Below, piece after piece: positions 50,726-64,000 of a stretch of DNA of 64,000 bases; position 1 is the stretch's first letter; each line of letters starts with the position of its first letter. A model generated the notes under the pieces. It worked only from the letters and a program-made list of their open reading frames with translations, had not been told where the DNA came from and did not search any database. The position numbers and the translations under genes were made by a program. Source of the stretch: Haliotis rufescens (taxonomy: Eukaryota); the NCBI RefSeq assembly GCF_023055435.1, contig NW_025963835.1:34224001-34288000 (forward strand), written 5' to 3'.

Positions 50726-51560
50726 ATAGCTTGCTGTGGACTATTCTGACCAGGAATCCATACCAGGGACATCTCTTACGACTGGTTTAGTTTGCTGTGG
50801 ACTATTCTGACCAAGAATCCATACCAGGGACACCTCTTATGACCGGTATAGCTTGCTGGGGGCTATTCTAACCAGGAATCCATTCCAGGGACACATCTTA
50901 CGACCGGTATAGCTTGCTGTGGACTATTCTGACCAGGAATCCATACCAGGGACACCTCTTACGACAGGTATAGCTTGTTGGGGACTATTCTGACCAGGAA
51001 TCCATACCAGGGACACCTCTTACGACCGGTATAGCTTGCTGTGGACTATTTTGACCAGGAATCTATACCAGGGACACCTCTTACGACCGGTATAGTTTGC
51101 TGTGGACTATTCTGACCAGGAATCCATACCAGGGACATCTCTTATGACCGGTATAGCTTGTTGGGGACTATTCTGACCAGGAATCCATACCAGGGTCACC
51201 TCTTACGACCGGTAAATCTTGTTGTGGGCTATTCTGACCAGGAATCCATACCAGGGACACCTCTTACGACCGGTAAATCTTGTTGGGGGCTATTCTGACC
51301 AGGAATCCATACCAGGGACACCTCTTACGACTGGTATAGTTTGCTGTGGACTATTCTGACCAGAAATCCATACCAGGGACACCTCTTACGACCGGTAAAT
51401 CTTGTTGGGGGCTATTCTGACCAGGAATCCATACCAGGGACACCTCTTACGACCGGTAAATCTTGTTGGGGGCTATTCTGACCAGGAATCCATACCAGGG
51501 ACATCTCTTACGACCGGTATATCTTGTTGGGGGCTATTCTAACCAAGAACCCGCACAGTA
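50726..51560. repeat. 61-bp VNTR, about 13.7 units
   Basis: Same unit as 28756-29040. Confidence 0.95.
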
Positions 51561-52076
51561 TCAATAAATAAATTATACAATACAGTAATAGAAGACAGAA
51601 TATGCAGACAGTTAGAAAGTTGTACCAATCTGTTGTAAGGGAGTGACCATTTCATTTTCGTGGTTATTTTCTGTATTTTAAAAGAAACTGGGAACAAGAA
51701 TATATATTTAAACTTAATTTTAGTGTGTTTTGAAGCAGTGACTGATGGAGTATCATGTCTCTAACAAAAGTAGCTGACCCCTCTAGGTCTCTACCATATT
51801 CACAAACAATGTCAGAACAAGGTGGTACCACATGGATCTAATTCCAATAGCACACGATTTGATAATTAATTGTCAAATATAGCTGACACAAGATGGTAAA
51901 TGTCTAAACAACTTAATAGTTGTCACTGTTCACCAAGCAGCCAGCTGAGTTGTATTCTCCCCAGGGAGCTGAGAATGCAATGTCAATACATACTGATCCA
52001 TTGACAGGGCACGTTCTGTGTAGCTGGAATGTATGGATACGATAGATGTGTGTGCTATTATTTCTACTGTTGAATA

Positions 52077-53300
52077 TCAACTTGGTGAGATCCGACGTTT
52101 TGTGATTGTGCAACCTACCGCTAATGGTAAGTCCTTGGGTTGACATATGAAGATACTATTTTCACATCTGGTTTCAAAAATAATCATATAAACTAACAAC
52201 TGTTAGTTAAACTTTGAAGGTGAAGGTTTGGTATATATTTGAAGGTGGTTGACACTGTGTAAGATCACATTGCCAACGTCGAAATCTACTGGTATAATGT
52301 TGTCATCTACAGGCACAAGACGGTCATCTTCTGGCATAACGTCGTCATCAAGTCGTACACCACCGTCATCTATAGGCCCCAAGCTGTCATCTACTGGCAC
52401 AAACGTCGTCCTCTATGTAACAGCTCCGTCATCTACAGGCACAACGCTGCCATCTGATGATAAAAAGCCCTCATCTACATGCACAACATCGTCCTTTACA
52501 GGCACAAAGGTATAATCTACTGGTACTATATATTTTGCTACCTCTTCATCTACTGGAACAACGCTGTCATATACCAAGACAGCGCCTTCTGTCATCTACT
52601 GGCACAGGGTCGTCCTCTATAGTAACATCACCGTCATCTACATGCATAACGCTGCCATCTGAACGTACAAAACCTTCGTCTACAGGCACAACACTGTCAT
52701 CTACTGGTACTACCTCATCATCTACTGGAACAACATCGTCATCTACTGGCAGAACATCGTCATGTACTGGCACAACATCGTCATCTACTGGCACAACATT
52801 AATGTACTGGCACAACGTCGTCCTCTACTGGCACAACATCGTCATGTACTGGCACAACGTCGTCATCTACTGGCACAACATCGTCATGTACTGGCACAAC
52901 ATCGTCATCTACTGGCACAACATCGTCATGTACTAACACAACGTCGTCCTCTACAGTAACATCACCGTCATGTACAGGTACAACGCTGTCATCTGAACGT
53001 ACAAAACCTTCGTCTACTGGAACAACGCTGTCATATACCAAGACAACACCTTCTGTCATCTACTGGCACAGCGTCGTCCTCTATAGTAACATCACCGTCA
53101 TCTACAGGCACAACGCTGTCATCTGAACGTACAAAACCTTCGTCTACAGGCACAACGTCGTCATCTACAGGTACACTGTCGTCATCAACAGGCACAACAT
53201 CGTCCTCTGCAGGACCAATGCTGTCATCTACTGGTACTACCAACTCATCTACTGTAACAACGAACGAACAATAACGCTACCGATAATCGCACACCTGCAT
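52077..53300 (-). pseudogene. Second copy of the repeat-expanded IL-17 pseudogene
   Basis: Colinear with 29565-30892. Confidence 0.85.
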
Positions 53301-53796
53301 GTTCCTCAGTAGAACAAGGACATCTAAAGCGGCATTGAGTATTTTATAATATTTCAGTGATAAATAATGTTGGGGAATTATAATTGCGTTAAACGTGTCG
53401 TTTTACTTGAAAAATGAATTCATGATTGCATGACACTCAGAGAACTATTATATTGCAATATGCATTTGTACAACTGCTTTACATTATCGAATTCTCCACT
53501 ATCAGATGTGATGGTAATTCTTAATGATAGAGTACCAGTGATAATGGCTTTCCTATAACAGTTACATTGTACGTCCTAATGGAGGAGAAATTAGCGTGTG
53601 AGTGTGTCAGTTTTATTTGGTATAACGCCTATTTGAACACTGATAGAGAATTATTTGATCACTGATAGTCCGTGCACAAAGTGCCTTGCATCATTTCCAC
53701 AGTAACTAGTATTTCCTTTTGACAAAGAGGGAAATATCTTCCATAACAAATTATGTTTGAAAGAAGATAAATTATATGGCATGTATGAACAGGCGC

Positions 53797-55735
53797 ATAT
53801 GTACACAGGTGTGGTTCTACACATGTGCAGTTGTACACAGGTGCAGTTGTACACTGGTGCAGTTGTACACAGGTGCAATTGTACACAGGTGTGGTTGTAC
53901 ACAAGTGGGTTTGTACAGAGGTGCAGTTGTACACAGAGGCTGTTCTACACTGGTGCAATTGCACACAGGTGCAGTTGTACACTGGTGCAGTTGTACACAT
54001 GTGCAGTTGTACACAGGTGCAGTTGTACACTGACGCAGTTGTACACAGGTGTGGTTGTACACAGGTGTGGTTGTACACAGGTACAGTTTTACACAGGTGC
54101 GGGTGTACACAGGTGTGGTTGTACACAGGTGCAGTTGTACACAGGTGCGGTTGTACACAGGTGCAGTTGTACACAGGTGTGGTTGTACACAGGTACTGTT
54201 GAACACAGAGGCAGTTCTACGCAGGTGCAATTGTACACAGTTGTGGTTGTACAGAGGTGCAGTTGTACACACGCGCAGTTGTACACAGGTGCAGTTGTAC
54301 ACTGGTGCAGTTGTACACAGGTGCAGTTGTACACATGTGCAGTTGTACACATGTGCAGTTGTACACATGTGCAGTTGTACACAGGTGCAGTTGTACACAG
54401 GTGCAGTTGTAAACAGGTGCAGTTGTACACAGATGCTGTTGTACACAGGTGTGGTTATACACAGGTACTGTTTTGCACAGACGCAGTTCTACACAGGTGT
54501 AATTGTACAAAGGTGTGGTTGTACACAGGTGCAGTTGTACATAGACGCAGCTGTACACAGATGCAGTTGTACACAGGTGCAGTTGTACACAGATGCTGTT
54601 GTACACATATGCAGTTGTACACAGATGCAGTTGTACATTGGTGCAGTTGTACACAAATGCATTTGTATACAGGTGCAGATCTACATAGGTTGGGTTGTAC
54701 ACAGGCGCAGTTGTACACATGTGCAGTTGTACACAGGTGCAGTTGTACACAGGTGTGGCTGTACACAAGTGGGTTTGTACAGAGGTGCAGTTGTACACTG
54801 GTGCAGTTGTACACAGGTGGGGTTGTACACGAGTGGGGTTGTACAGAGGTGCAGTTGTGCACATGTGCAGTTGTACACTGGTGCAGTTGTACACAGGTGC
54901 AGTTGTACACTGGTGCAGTTGTACATAGGTGCAGTTGTACACAGGTGGGGTTGTACACAAATGGGGTTGTACAGAGGTGCAGTTGTGCACATGTGCAGTT
55001 GTACACTGGTGCAGTTGTACGAAGGTGCAGTTGTACACAGGTGCAGTTGTACACAGATGCAGTTGTACACTGGTGCAGTTGTACACATGTGCAGTTGTAC
55101 ACAGGTGCAGTTGTACACAGATGCAGTTGTACACAGGTGCAGTTGTACACATGTGCAGTTGTACACATGTGCAGTTGTACACATGTGCAGTTGTACACAT
55201 GTGCAGTTGTAAACAGGTGCAGTTGTACACAGATGCTGTTGTACACAGGTGTGGTTATACACAGGTACTGTTTTGCACAGACGCAGTTCTACACAGGTGT
55301 AATTGTACACAGGTGTGGTTGTACACAGGTGCAGTTGTACACAGGTGGGGTTGTACACAAGTGGGTTTGTACAGAGGTGCAGTTGTACACTGGTGCAGTT
55401 GTACACAGTGCAGTTGTACACAGGTGGGGTTGTACACAAGTGGGGTTGTACACAGGTGCAGTTGTGCACATGTGCAGTTGTACACTGGTGCAGTTGTACG
55501 AAGGTGCAGTTGTACACAGGTGCAGTTGTACACAGATGCAGTTGTACACTGGTGCAGTTGTACACATGTGCAGTTGTACACATGTGCAGTTGTACACAGA
55601 TGCATTTGTGCACAGGTGCATTTGTACACTGTTGCAGTTGTACACTGGTGCAGTTGTACACTGGTGCAGTTGTACACAGGTGCAGTTGTACACAGGTGCA
55701 GTTGTACACAGATGTGGTTGTAAACAGACGCAGTG
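53797..55735. repeat. 17-bp minisatellite (TGTACACAGGTGCAGTT)n, more than 110 units
   Basis: Direct inspection. Confidence 0.97.
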
Positions 55736-56460
55736 ACAGATAACGATATCGGCTTGTACTCTTTTCCCCTCTAATTTTGTTTTAACAAAAGATATCAATC
55801 TCCTTTGTCAGAGGAAAAGGTCAAGGTTGCCGGTTGCTTGAATGTTGAACTATTTCAGCCACCTCACATGAGCCCTGGGAGCTTCCATGAAATCTCTGGC
55901 TCTTGTTTGTTCAGTAGATTACCTTCTTGACATGCGGTTGCCCTTGCCGTAAATCCTTCACAAAGCCAAAGGGAGAGTAATACCAAATGCTGATTGTAAC
56001 ACGGTGTACAGAACGTGAGGGTATGCTTTATTTCAGATCCAGGATCACGGTGATTCACCCGGAGGCCTTGAATGATCCGGATCCGAAGTTAATGCACAGC
56101 CCTGTCTAATTCGTGTTACTGATACACACTATATGATATTATCGGGGATATTGGATCATTATTAACGAACCTTGAAACTCGCCTGAGGGGGGTATTTTAG
56201 AAATTATCATTCTACATTATGCGGCAATTCTGTTTCCCCCGTAATCGATATATAACTATCGGGACAATGATTTTAGAGGACCCATGCTTCAACAGTCGGG
56301 GTGCTATGGTATGTTCAATACGTATGGTTTGGGGAAGAATTATGTTCTCACCATTATTGATTAATATCCCTATTCCAGATCCCATTGTTTGATTGGAACT
56401 TAGCGTTAAGTGTGATATGGCGTTTGCTGGTTCGAATTCCGACATTAACCTTATCGCTGA

Positions 56461-57722
56461 GGGCCATTGTTGGACCATTGTTGGACCATTGTTGTACCAT
56501 TGTTGTACCATTGATAGACCATTGTTATACCATTGTAGGATCATTGTTGTACCATTGTTGTACCATTGTTCGACCATTGCTGTACCATTGTTGGACCATT
56601 CTTGTACCATTGTTGGGCCATTGTTGGACCATTGTTGAGACCATTGTTGGACCATTGTTGTACCATTGTTGTACCATTGTTGTACCATTGTTGGGCCATT
56701 GTTGGACCATTGTTGGACCACTGTTGAGACCATTGTTGGACCATTGTTTGACCATTGGTGGACCATTGCTGTGCCATTGTTGGACAATTGTTGGACCATT
56801 GTTGCAACCATTGTCGTACCATTGCTGTACCATTGTTGTATCATTGTTGTATCATTGTTATACCATTGTAGGACAATTGTTGGACCATTGTTGGACCATT
56901 GTTGGACCATTGTTGAGACCATTGTTGAGACCATTGTTGGACCATTGTTGGACCATTGTTGGACCATTGTTGAGAGCATTGTTCGACCATTGCTGTACCA
57001 TTGTTGGACCATTGTTGTACCATTGTTGGGCCATTGTTGGACCATTGTTGAGACCATTGTTGGACCATTGTTGTACCATTGTTGGGCCATTGTTGGACCA
57101 TTGTCGGACCATTGTTGAGACCATTGTTGGACCATTGTTTGACCATTGTTGGAACATTGTAGGACAATTGTTGGACCATTGTTGCAACCATTATAGTACC
57201 ATTGCTATACCATTGTTGTATCATTGTTACCCCATTGTTATACCATTGTAGGACAATTGTTGGACCATTGTTGGACCATTGTTGAGACCATTGTTGGACC
57301 ATTGTTGGACCATTGTTGGGTCATTGTTGTACCATTGTTGTACCATTGTTGGACCATTAATGGACCATTGTCGGACCATTGTTGGACCATTGGTGGACCA
57401 TTGCTGTGCCATTGTTGGGCCATTGTTGCACCATTGTTGAGACCATTGTTGAGACCATTGTTGGACCATTGTTGGACAATTGTTGTGATTTTTTTTGGAC
57501 CATTGTTGGACCATTGTTGAGACCATTGTTGGACCATTGTTGAGACCATTGTTAGACCATTGTTAGACCATTGTTGTTCCATTGTTGGGCCATTGTTGAG
57601 ACCATTGTTTTTCCATTGATGGACCAATGTTGGGCTATTGTTGGACCATTATTGGTCCATTGTTGAGAGCATTGTTAGACCATTGTTGGACCATTGGTGG
57701 ACCATTGTTGGACCACTGTTGT
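56461..57722. repeat. 11-bp minisatellite (GGACCATTGTT)n
   Basis: Direct inspection; paralog of 3449-4190. Confidence 0.97.
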
Positions 57723-59536
57723 GTGGTATCTTCAAAACACAATGTCAGTTTACATAGAAGGGGTTTCTAGATGTCAAGATGTTGTTGCACTGTGTTCACA
57801 GAAGTCGCTTTTGTTACTTGAGCGTTTTATTCTTAAATAGTTTGATTCCACTGGAATTCTTTACCCAGTACTGTGTGTGTGAGTAAGTTAGTTTTACGGC
57901 GCTTTTAGTAGTATGTCAGCAATATCACGGCGGGGACACCAGAAGTAGGCTTCAAGACTGTATCTAAGTTGAGTATCGCGTGACGCACGAACGCATTAAG
58001 CTACCACATCGTTATATAGAACATGCCGTTATAGAACATGCCATTAAAGAACATGCCGACATGTGTCAAACCTGCACAGGTAACTCTACATGCCTTGAGA
58101 AAGGTGTGATATATACTCAACGTCATTATTGAAGCGACACCTAGGAATGGTTGTCAAACATGAACATGTGCAAAAAACATTAACAAAAATATGGAACAAT
58201 AATAGCAACAGAACAATCGTTATGATAGAACAATAATGGCAACTAAACAACAGTTACAATACTACTATAATTACTGTTGAACAATAGGTGCATCACTGGA
58301 TTATATATCATACTCACTGTTCTTCTCTGGTGGTGAATTAGATTAACGAGCGACTATTCTTTCATAACTGTATTGTCGATTTACACTATTTACGATGGGA
58401 ATAGCATGTTTTAGCATGAGTGTGTAAGGGGAAGGAGGAGGGGGATTTATTGTGCTAGCCCCCGGAGAAACCATGCGGCTGTTAAACATGAATACCCCAC
58501 TCAGAAACACTTACTGGCTCCGAGCCGACCAGTCCTAGTTTTAGCCTCTAAACGCATAGCGCTAGACAGGGTAATAACAAGTACCATCTATTAACGTATC
58601 TTGGCATGACGCGGCCGGGGATCAAACCCCGGAACTTCCACTCTCCAGGGCTACCACCAGACCACGGAGGCGGTCAAAGACTTGTAAATCATCTGCTACA
58701 TCGAATACAATACACGTTAGGGGCGGTAGGGTAGCTCAGTTGTACAAGTGTTTGCTCATGATGCCGAGGTCCCGTGTTCGATTCCCCAAATGGTGACAAT
58801 GTGTGAATCCCATTTCTTGTGTGCCCCTGCGCGAAAGTGCTAGAATATTGCTAAAAGCAGCGTCAAACCAAACTCACTCACTCTCCCAATATACTTAAAA
58901 ATCTAATCCTATTCAAGTTAACAGATCACATTGTATACTCGTACAAAAAAGATGATAAACCTTGCCGAATTGTTTTCGTTCTTCAAAATAACAAACGTTC
59001 AAAAATTCGATATTAAACGACACGGCGACCAGCCTCTAATTCATATTATCTGTAATTCTTGCTGAATTAAAACAAAATCAGGACATTTTGTTCCTTTCAA
59101 ACTAAAATCCCAATGTGCGTGCCATGAATGAGTCAGTGTTCAATCGAATTGCCTGGCATGTCTCCATCAGATTAAGGCGTGTTTAGGGAAGGGGAAAAGT
59201 GGACGTGGATACGGACGTTCACGAAGTTCAATGACTGGGGTGACTAGCAGGTGGTCTTGTGGGCGGGCGTATGTAGCTGCTTACAATGTTTCATCGTTTG
59301 TCGCGAACAGTCTTATGGTGACTTTGTTTACGGATGTGTCTCTAGGGTTGGGTCGGTGGTCGAAAAGATAATAGAAACAAAATTACACAAATGTTTTAAA
59401 GTGATGAATATTGTCTACCAGTTCAGCACCGTCTATTTATCATCTTCACGAACACCTGGTGCCCTCACTTATTTTCAGTGATCTATTCATAAACATAAAC
59501 GACCAATGGAAGTTGTTTCGGCGGGTAGCGGAGACT

Positions 59537-60115
59537 TACGGTGGCCCATAAGGGACATGGAGTCTGTTTTTCCATATTTTGATATTTCACTTACATTTAT
59601 CGTAACCTTTTGCAAATAAACACGATGTCTTACAAATATGTGATAAATCATGTGTAAAGAAGATATTGAATCGCTGAAAAACGAAACGAAAATGTCAAAA
59701 ACTAAAATGAAAATGTCAAAAACACAAAACGAAAATGTCAAAAACTAAAAAGAAAATACAGAAAACTATTTCAACCGCGGTGTAAATATTATCACCGCGG
59801 TGGAAATAGTTTTCCGTGTATTCATTTCAGTTTTTGACATTTTCGTTTTGTGTTTTTGAGATTTTCATTTTAGTTTTTGACCTTTTCGTTTTGGTTTTTG
59901 ACATTTCCATTTTAGTTTTTGACATTTTCACTTCACATTTCAGCGACTCAAAAGCTACTTAAAAGTACATTTTCTATGTTTTCGGATGTTTTTATACATG
60001 ATTTATCACATATTTGTATGGCAGATTGTGTTAATTTGCAAAAGGTTAAGATAAAAGTAAGTTAAACATCAAAATATTGAAAAACAGACTCCATGTCCCT
60101 TATGGGGCCACCGTA
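59537..60115. mobile_element. Foldback MITE, TIR TACGGTGGCCC..., 6-bp TSD GAGACT, internal about 21-bp subrepeats
   Basis: Whole element is an imperfect palindrome centred near 59788; TSD at 59531-59536 and 60116-60121. Confidence 0.85.
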
Positions 60116-62837
60116 GAGACTTGTCATTCTATGGCGGAGACGTTTGATATTTATAATGTTAATACCTCTGACAATATTAGATCAAAGAGCAAACACAGCA
60201 GACACAATATAACTTACAATATCCTCTTTGTGGAAGTGTAAAATCTCTATCCAATCTGAAACCAGAACTTCCAGAACCGACAGTTGCAAAACACGATATA
60301 AGTACAGCTATTGGGACAGGTGTCATCTACGATTGATTGCTTAGTTTGATTGACATCATGAGCATTATCTACACGGACAGGACACGATGACAAGCATCAA
60401 CCAAGTCAGCGAGCCTGACCACCCGACCAATTCTAATCCGGATCTTCTCAGGTATCAACTACGGTTGAGTGTATTACACTAGGTTTCAGTGTTAACGAAT
60501 TAGTTATATTACCCCGTTTTTCCTTAACAATTCATGTGTGACAAAACCCTTTCCATATTCATAAGAAATCTCTGATAAAAGCAGTGTACGATTCGGACAA
60601 TATCATGAATGGGGAACAAGCTGACACATCGTAAATATATTCTGATATAACATTCAAGTAGAAGTCTGACAGTGTTGCAGTTGTCAAATATTGTCTCAAT
60701 GCACAGTTCGTAGACAGCAGGCTAATTCAGGATGTTCTGGACCACCAATAACAATTAAAGGTCCAGAGTAAAGGGTTTCATATTTCAGTCTGATGCATAT
60801 TGTATACCACTGTATATAATGCTGTTTTGAAATGTGTGTCAACTATTTGATAAATCCGGGAATACGAAACACCTCCGTAAAATAATGATGACAAGAGTCA
60901 ATTATGTCAAGATGGTTCAGATATCGTGGATAAAAAGGGGAAAATATGAAACCCACTTTTTACATTTATAATAAGTCTAATTATAGGCACAGACCCTGAT
61001 ATGTGCTGCTCTTTTGATATTGACTTGTCGCTACGCAGATCCATGTTCTCTCCCACGGTGTTTTCCTGATGGATTCGGAACACACCCACTTTGCCGTAAT
61101 TTACAAGAATCGCATCCCATGAAAACTACAAAGCGATTCGGATCATGTCTGATTTTAGTGTCAGAACATTTTGAAAGCCTTTATGAGAGTAAATCTGAAT
61201 AAAACTGAAAATACATAATTCTTTTCATGAAGACTAATCCTGTGTTGTCAAGGGTAATTAGTGCATATTCCCAGCCGCGTGGGGGCGGTCGGGTAGCCTA
61301 GTGGTTAAAGCGTTCGCTCGTCACGCTGAAGACCCGGGTTCGATTCCCGACATGGGTACAATGTGTGAAGCCCATTTCTGGTGTCCCCGCCGTAATACTG
61401 ATCGAATATTGCTAAAAGCGGTGTAAAACCATACTCACTCACTCACAGCCGCGTGCATTGAACACCCACGTGTCTGTCACGTACACATACAGAAGAATGT
61501 TACAGGTGGTAACAGATATTTAAATTTTGTCCAATCCCAAAAAGCCGCTCCTCCAGCTCTCATTTGGTTGAAACATCAACCAGGATAAGGGAAGCATACC
61601 TTCTCCAAATAGAGGCTTGTGTGGGGGACAATATTTGTTTTCTGAGCAGAACCAAGCAATGAGTAGTGTTTCAGTGTGGCATTGACGCTCTTTCGTCACT
61701 CACTCACGCACTCACACACGCAGGCACGACATGACATGGCATGACATAACATGATCAATTAAGTGTCGTGTAGGTGATAAAGGCGTGTTTTTAACCAAAG
61801 TAGTACATGATAAAGAGGCAGTGGTTGAGATTTATGTTGATCTTTCGCATACTGTCTAATAAGACTACACACATGTTATATGCCGTGTAATGCTTTTCTT
61901 GATGTGAGTTTCTACATGATGTGTTGGCTAGGAATGAAGTGTGGTGTTGGTACAGCGTGTGCATCGCCTCCTCGGACAGGATCAAGTGTCGGGGCAGTGG
62001 AGTGTTTATAACCATCGCAGTCGCTGATAAAAAGGCGGGGTTAAGCGACGGAAGTTAGACTAATGTTTATTTGTCGGGTACTGTCTGTCTGTATCCTATT
62101 GTCTGCAATTTTTACGGAAATGTTTTAGACATATGACACTGACTAGCTGTCAAACTGACATGAATGTTATCGTGGAGATTTTTGAACAGAAGATCTAGGT
62201 TTTTGTATCTAACCCTTGAATCAGGGATACGGTATTGTAGAATGCCATCTCTCACCGAACAACACTAGTTTGTGAGGTATCTAGGTCATGCGTTACTTTA
62301 AGGCATTCATCATTTAACACTCAAACAAATACTGACAACAGCTGTCAAGTGAGATAAGCGAACGGATCCTTGTTCAATCTGTCGGCAGTGGGACGGAAAT
62401 ATTCCTGTCCGATCAAGATAAATACGCCTTTGCTTTGAATTGAACACAAAAGAGAACACAACTATTTGTGAATCATCAAATTTAATGACAATCAAGCAAA
62501 CAAATAATTCGATGCCGAAAAGTAATTCAAGCCACACATAACAACTGCACTGAGAATACTCCTATTATAAGACAGTTACAACGTGAACATTGTACACACA
62601 TATATAAGCATCCTTACTGATTATCAGTCTGGATTTAGGAGTAAATGTTGATGCAAAGAAATGACCCATCGTAAATGTATACTGCTATAACAGTCAAGAA
62701 GGACAAAGTCTAACATTGTAAGGACCATTAAATTTTTCGGTATTGCTATTGCCGAATATTGGCTCACGTCACAGTTTGAAGACAGCAAATATTTCAGAGG
62801 GACTTCATATGTTAGATTTTCATCTTCATCTTCATCG

Positions 62838-63305
62838 TCAACCACTTGAGGCTCGAGGTGCAGCACATGTGCACCCAACTGCTACTTCTTTGTCCTCAGG
62901 TTGATAGGTGAAGGTACCATTTTCACAGCTGTATTTTAAAACACGGAAGCTAGCTTTCACTTGTTCACACTGGTTCTTGTTATTGTTGATACAGTCTCTA
63001 CAATTACAGCTGGCACTCCGAAGCTGTTGTGGATAAATGTTGTCTCCAAGTCTTAGCGAGACGACACTCCAGGGGCAAATGGAACGTTCTCGAGTGGAGT
63101 CTTGCATGTTCTTTTGTGACACGGGTGAGTTCGAAGTATCAGGGATGTTGTTCAAGCTGTTGAAGATCTGTTGTATATGTGATGGTATCTTGCATTGCGT
63201 GGCATCCCTTCGTGCTCTCATCATGTTTCCCATATCGTCAGTCACTGGTGTGGCAGTCGCATTCATGATGACGACGAGTACGACAGATAACTGTGACAGC
63301 TGCAT
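62838..63305 (-). CDS. IL17: Interleukin-17 family cytokine, 155 aa (type-A flanks)
   Basis: Same motifs; near-identical to 8178-8645. Confidence 0.95.
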   Translation of the reverse strand: MQLSQLSVVLVVIMNATATPVTDDMGNMMRARRDATQCKIPSHIQQIFNSLNNIPDTSNSPVSQKNMQDSTRERSICPWSVVSLRLGDNIYPQQLRSASCNCRDCINNNKNQCEQVKASFRVLKYSCENGTFTYQPEDKEVAVGCTCAAPRASSG

Positions 63306-63379
63306 GTTCGTTGACAAAACTTTTGTAATCAACTTAAAATAGTGACTTCTGAGCATCTGTCAGTCGAGATTTTCTGGTG

Positions 63380-63482
63380 TGACTGCTCATCACAAACGAC
63401 CTCATTTTATAGCAAGTGTGAACCTACACTGCCAAGACGAACGGTCGGGGGCTGAAATGGGAATTCACATTTTGTCCAATCC
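63380..63482 (-). promoter_or_regulatory. IL-17 core promoter (TATA, kappaB-like GGGAATTCAC at 63459-63468, CCAAT)
   Basis: Copy of 8720-8820. Confidence 0.65.
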
Positions 63483-64000
63483 CAAAACTATAATGTTGAA
63501 TTTGAGAATGACTCTAACAAATGTCTGGGGGCAGAAATAACTCTTCCGGGTGTGAAATGTTCGCCATCTCCATCTCAAAACCCCATCTCTGCCTCCTTCT
63601 CCTCCTACAATTTTACATTTATCAAGATTTGTCAGGTGACCTTCAGATGTTCAAGGGTATTTATTTCTTCCGGTTGTAAGAGGATAACACCTAGTCAAGT
63701 TTTCTTTCTTGACTTCCTGCTTGAAGAGGACACATTTTTGCTTAAGTAAATACGAAGAAGTATACCGAATGGTTTAATATGATGATTGTTCACAAGCAAA
63801 ATTCTTTACAACAGTGTACACATTTTCGGAAAGATGTTCTAATGACAAATTAGGGATAACAAATCATGTTTCACTGTAGCTAACTTAAGATAATTGTGCA
63901 CTCTTGTTAAGCGCCAACTCAGGAAATATCTTCCTTTGTGAGTGACAATATTCAAGCAACTTTACTGAAGCCTATGAAAATCTGCGCTTTGGTTCGAATA

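Noticed and set aside
50726-51560. CRISPR-like regular array
   Set aside because: Whole units are repeated with no unique spacers, there are no cas genes, and the context is eukaryotic.
53757-55736. 659-aa and other overlapping Cys-rich ORFs
   Set aside because: Open in all six frames because the 17-bp unit lacks stops; array length varies more than 20-fold between paralogs; no gene context.
56212-57627. MVQQWSNNGPT and LLDHCWTIVGP ORFs (also 3200-4412)
   Set aside because: Translations of the 11-bp minisatellite. The unique tail of about 80 aa has no motif I recognise.

Overview
Eukaryotic, AT-rich, repeat-laden DNA from an invertebrate animal. The SINE types and IL-17 style suggest a mollusc, possibly abalone-like; that is inference. 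The window is a tandem cluster of intronless interleukin-17 (IL-17) genes built from about three copies of a 22-31 kb unit (equivalent positions 1, 26664 and 48587). There are five intact 155-aa IL-17 ORFs (8178-8645 -, 17807-18274 +, 23916-24383 -, 45784-46251 -, 62838-63305 -). A sixth (31311-32126 -) has lost its C-terminus and is fused in frame to a 17-bp minisatellite that supplies Cys-Thr-Cys repeats. Older IL-17 relics not shown by the ORF track sit between the genes. These are promoter-only stubs and a diverged paralog whose acidic N-terminal 'TPVTDD' segment has expanded into about 1 kb of 21-bp (PVDDDVV) repeats. A short conserved non-coding block lies downstream of essentially every IL-17-derived locus. 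The rest is transposon debris (Crypton, Tc1 DD34E, Sailor-like DD83E, MITEs, several tRNA-derived SINE families, a Penelope-like end) and minisatellites, several of which can be traced to single-copy seeds in the window. Most long ORFs in the track are minisatellite artefacts. All alignments were done by eye.
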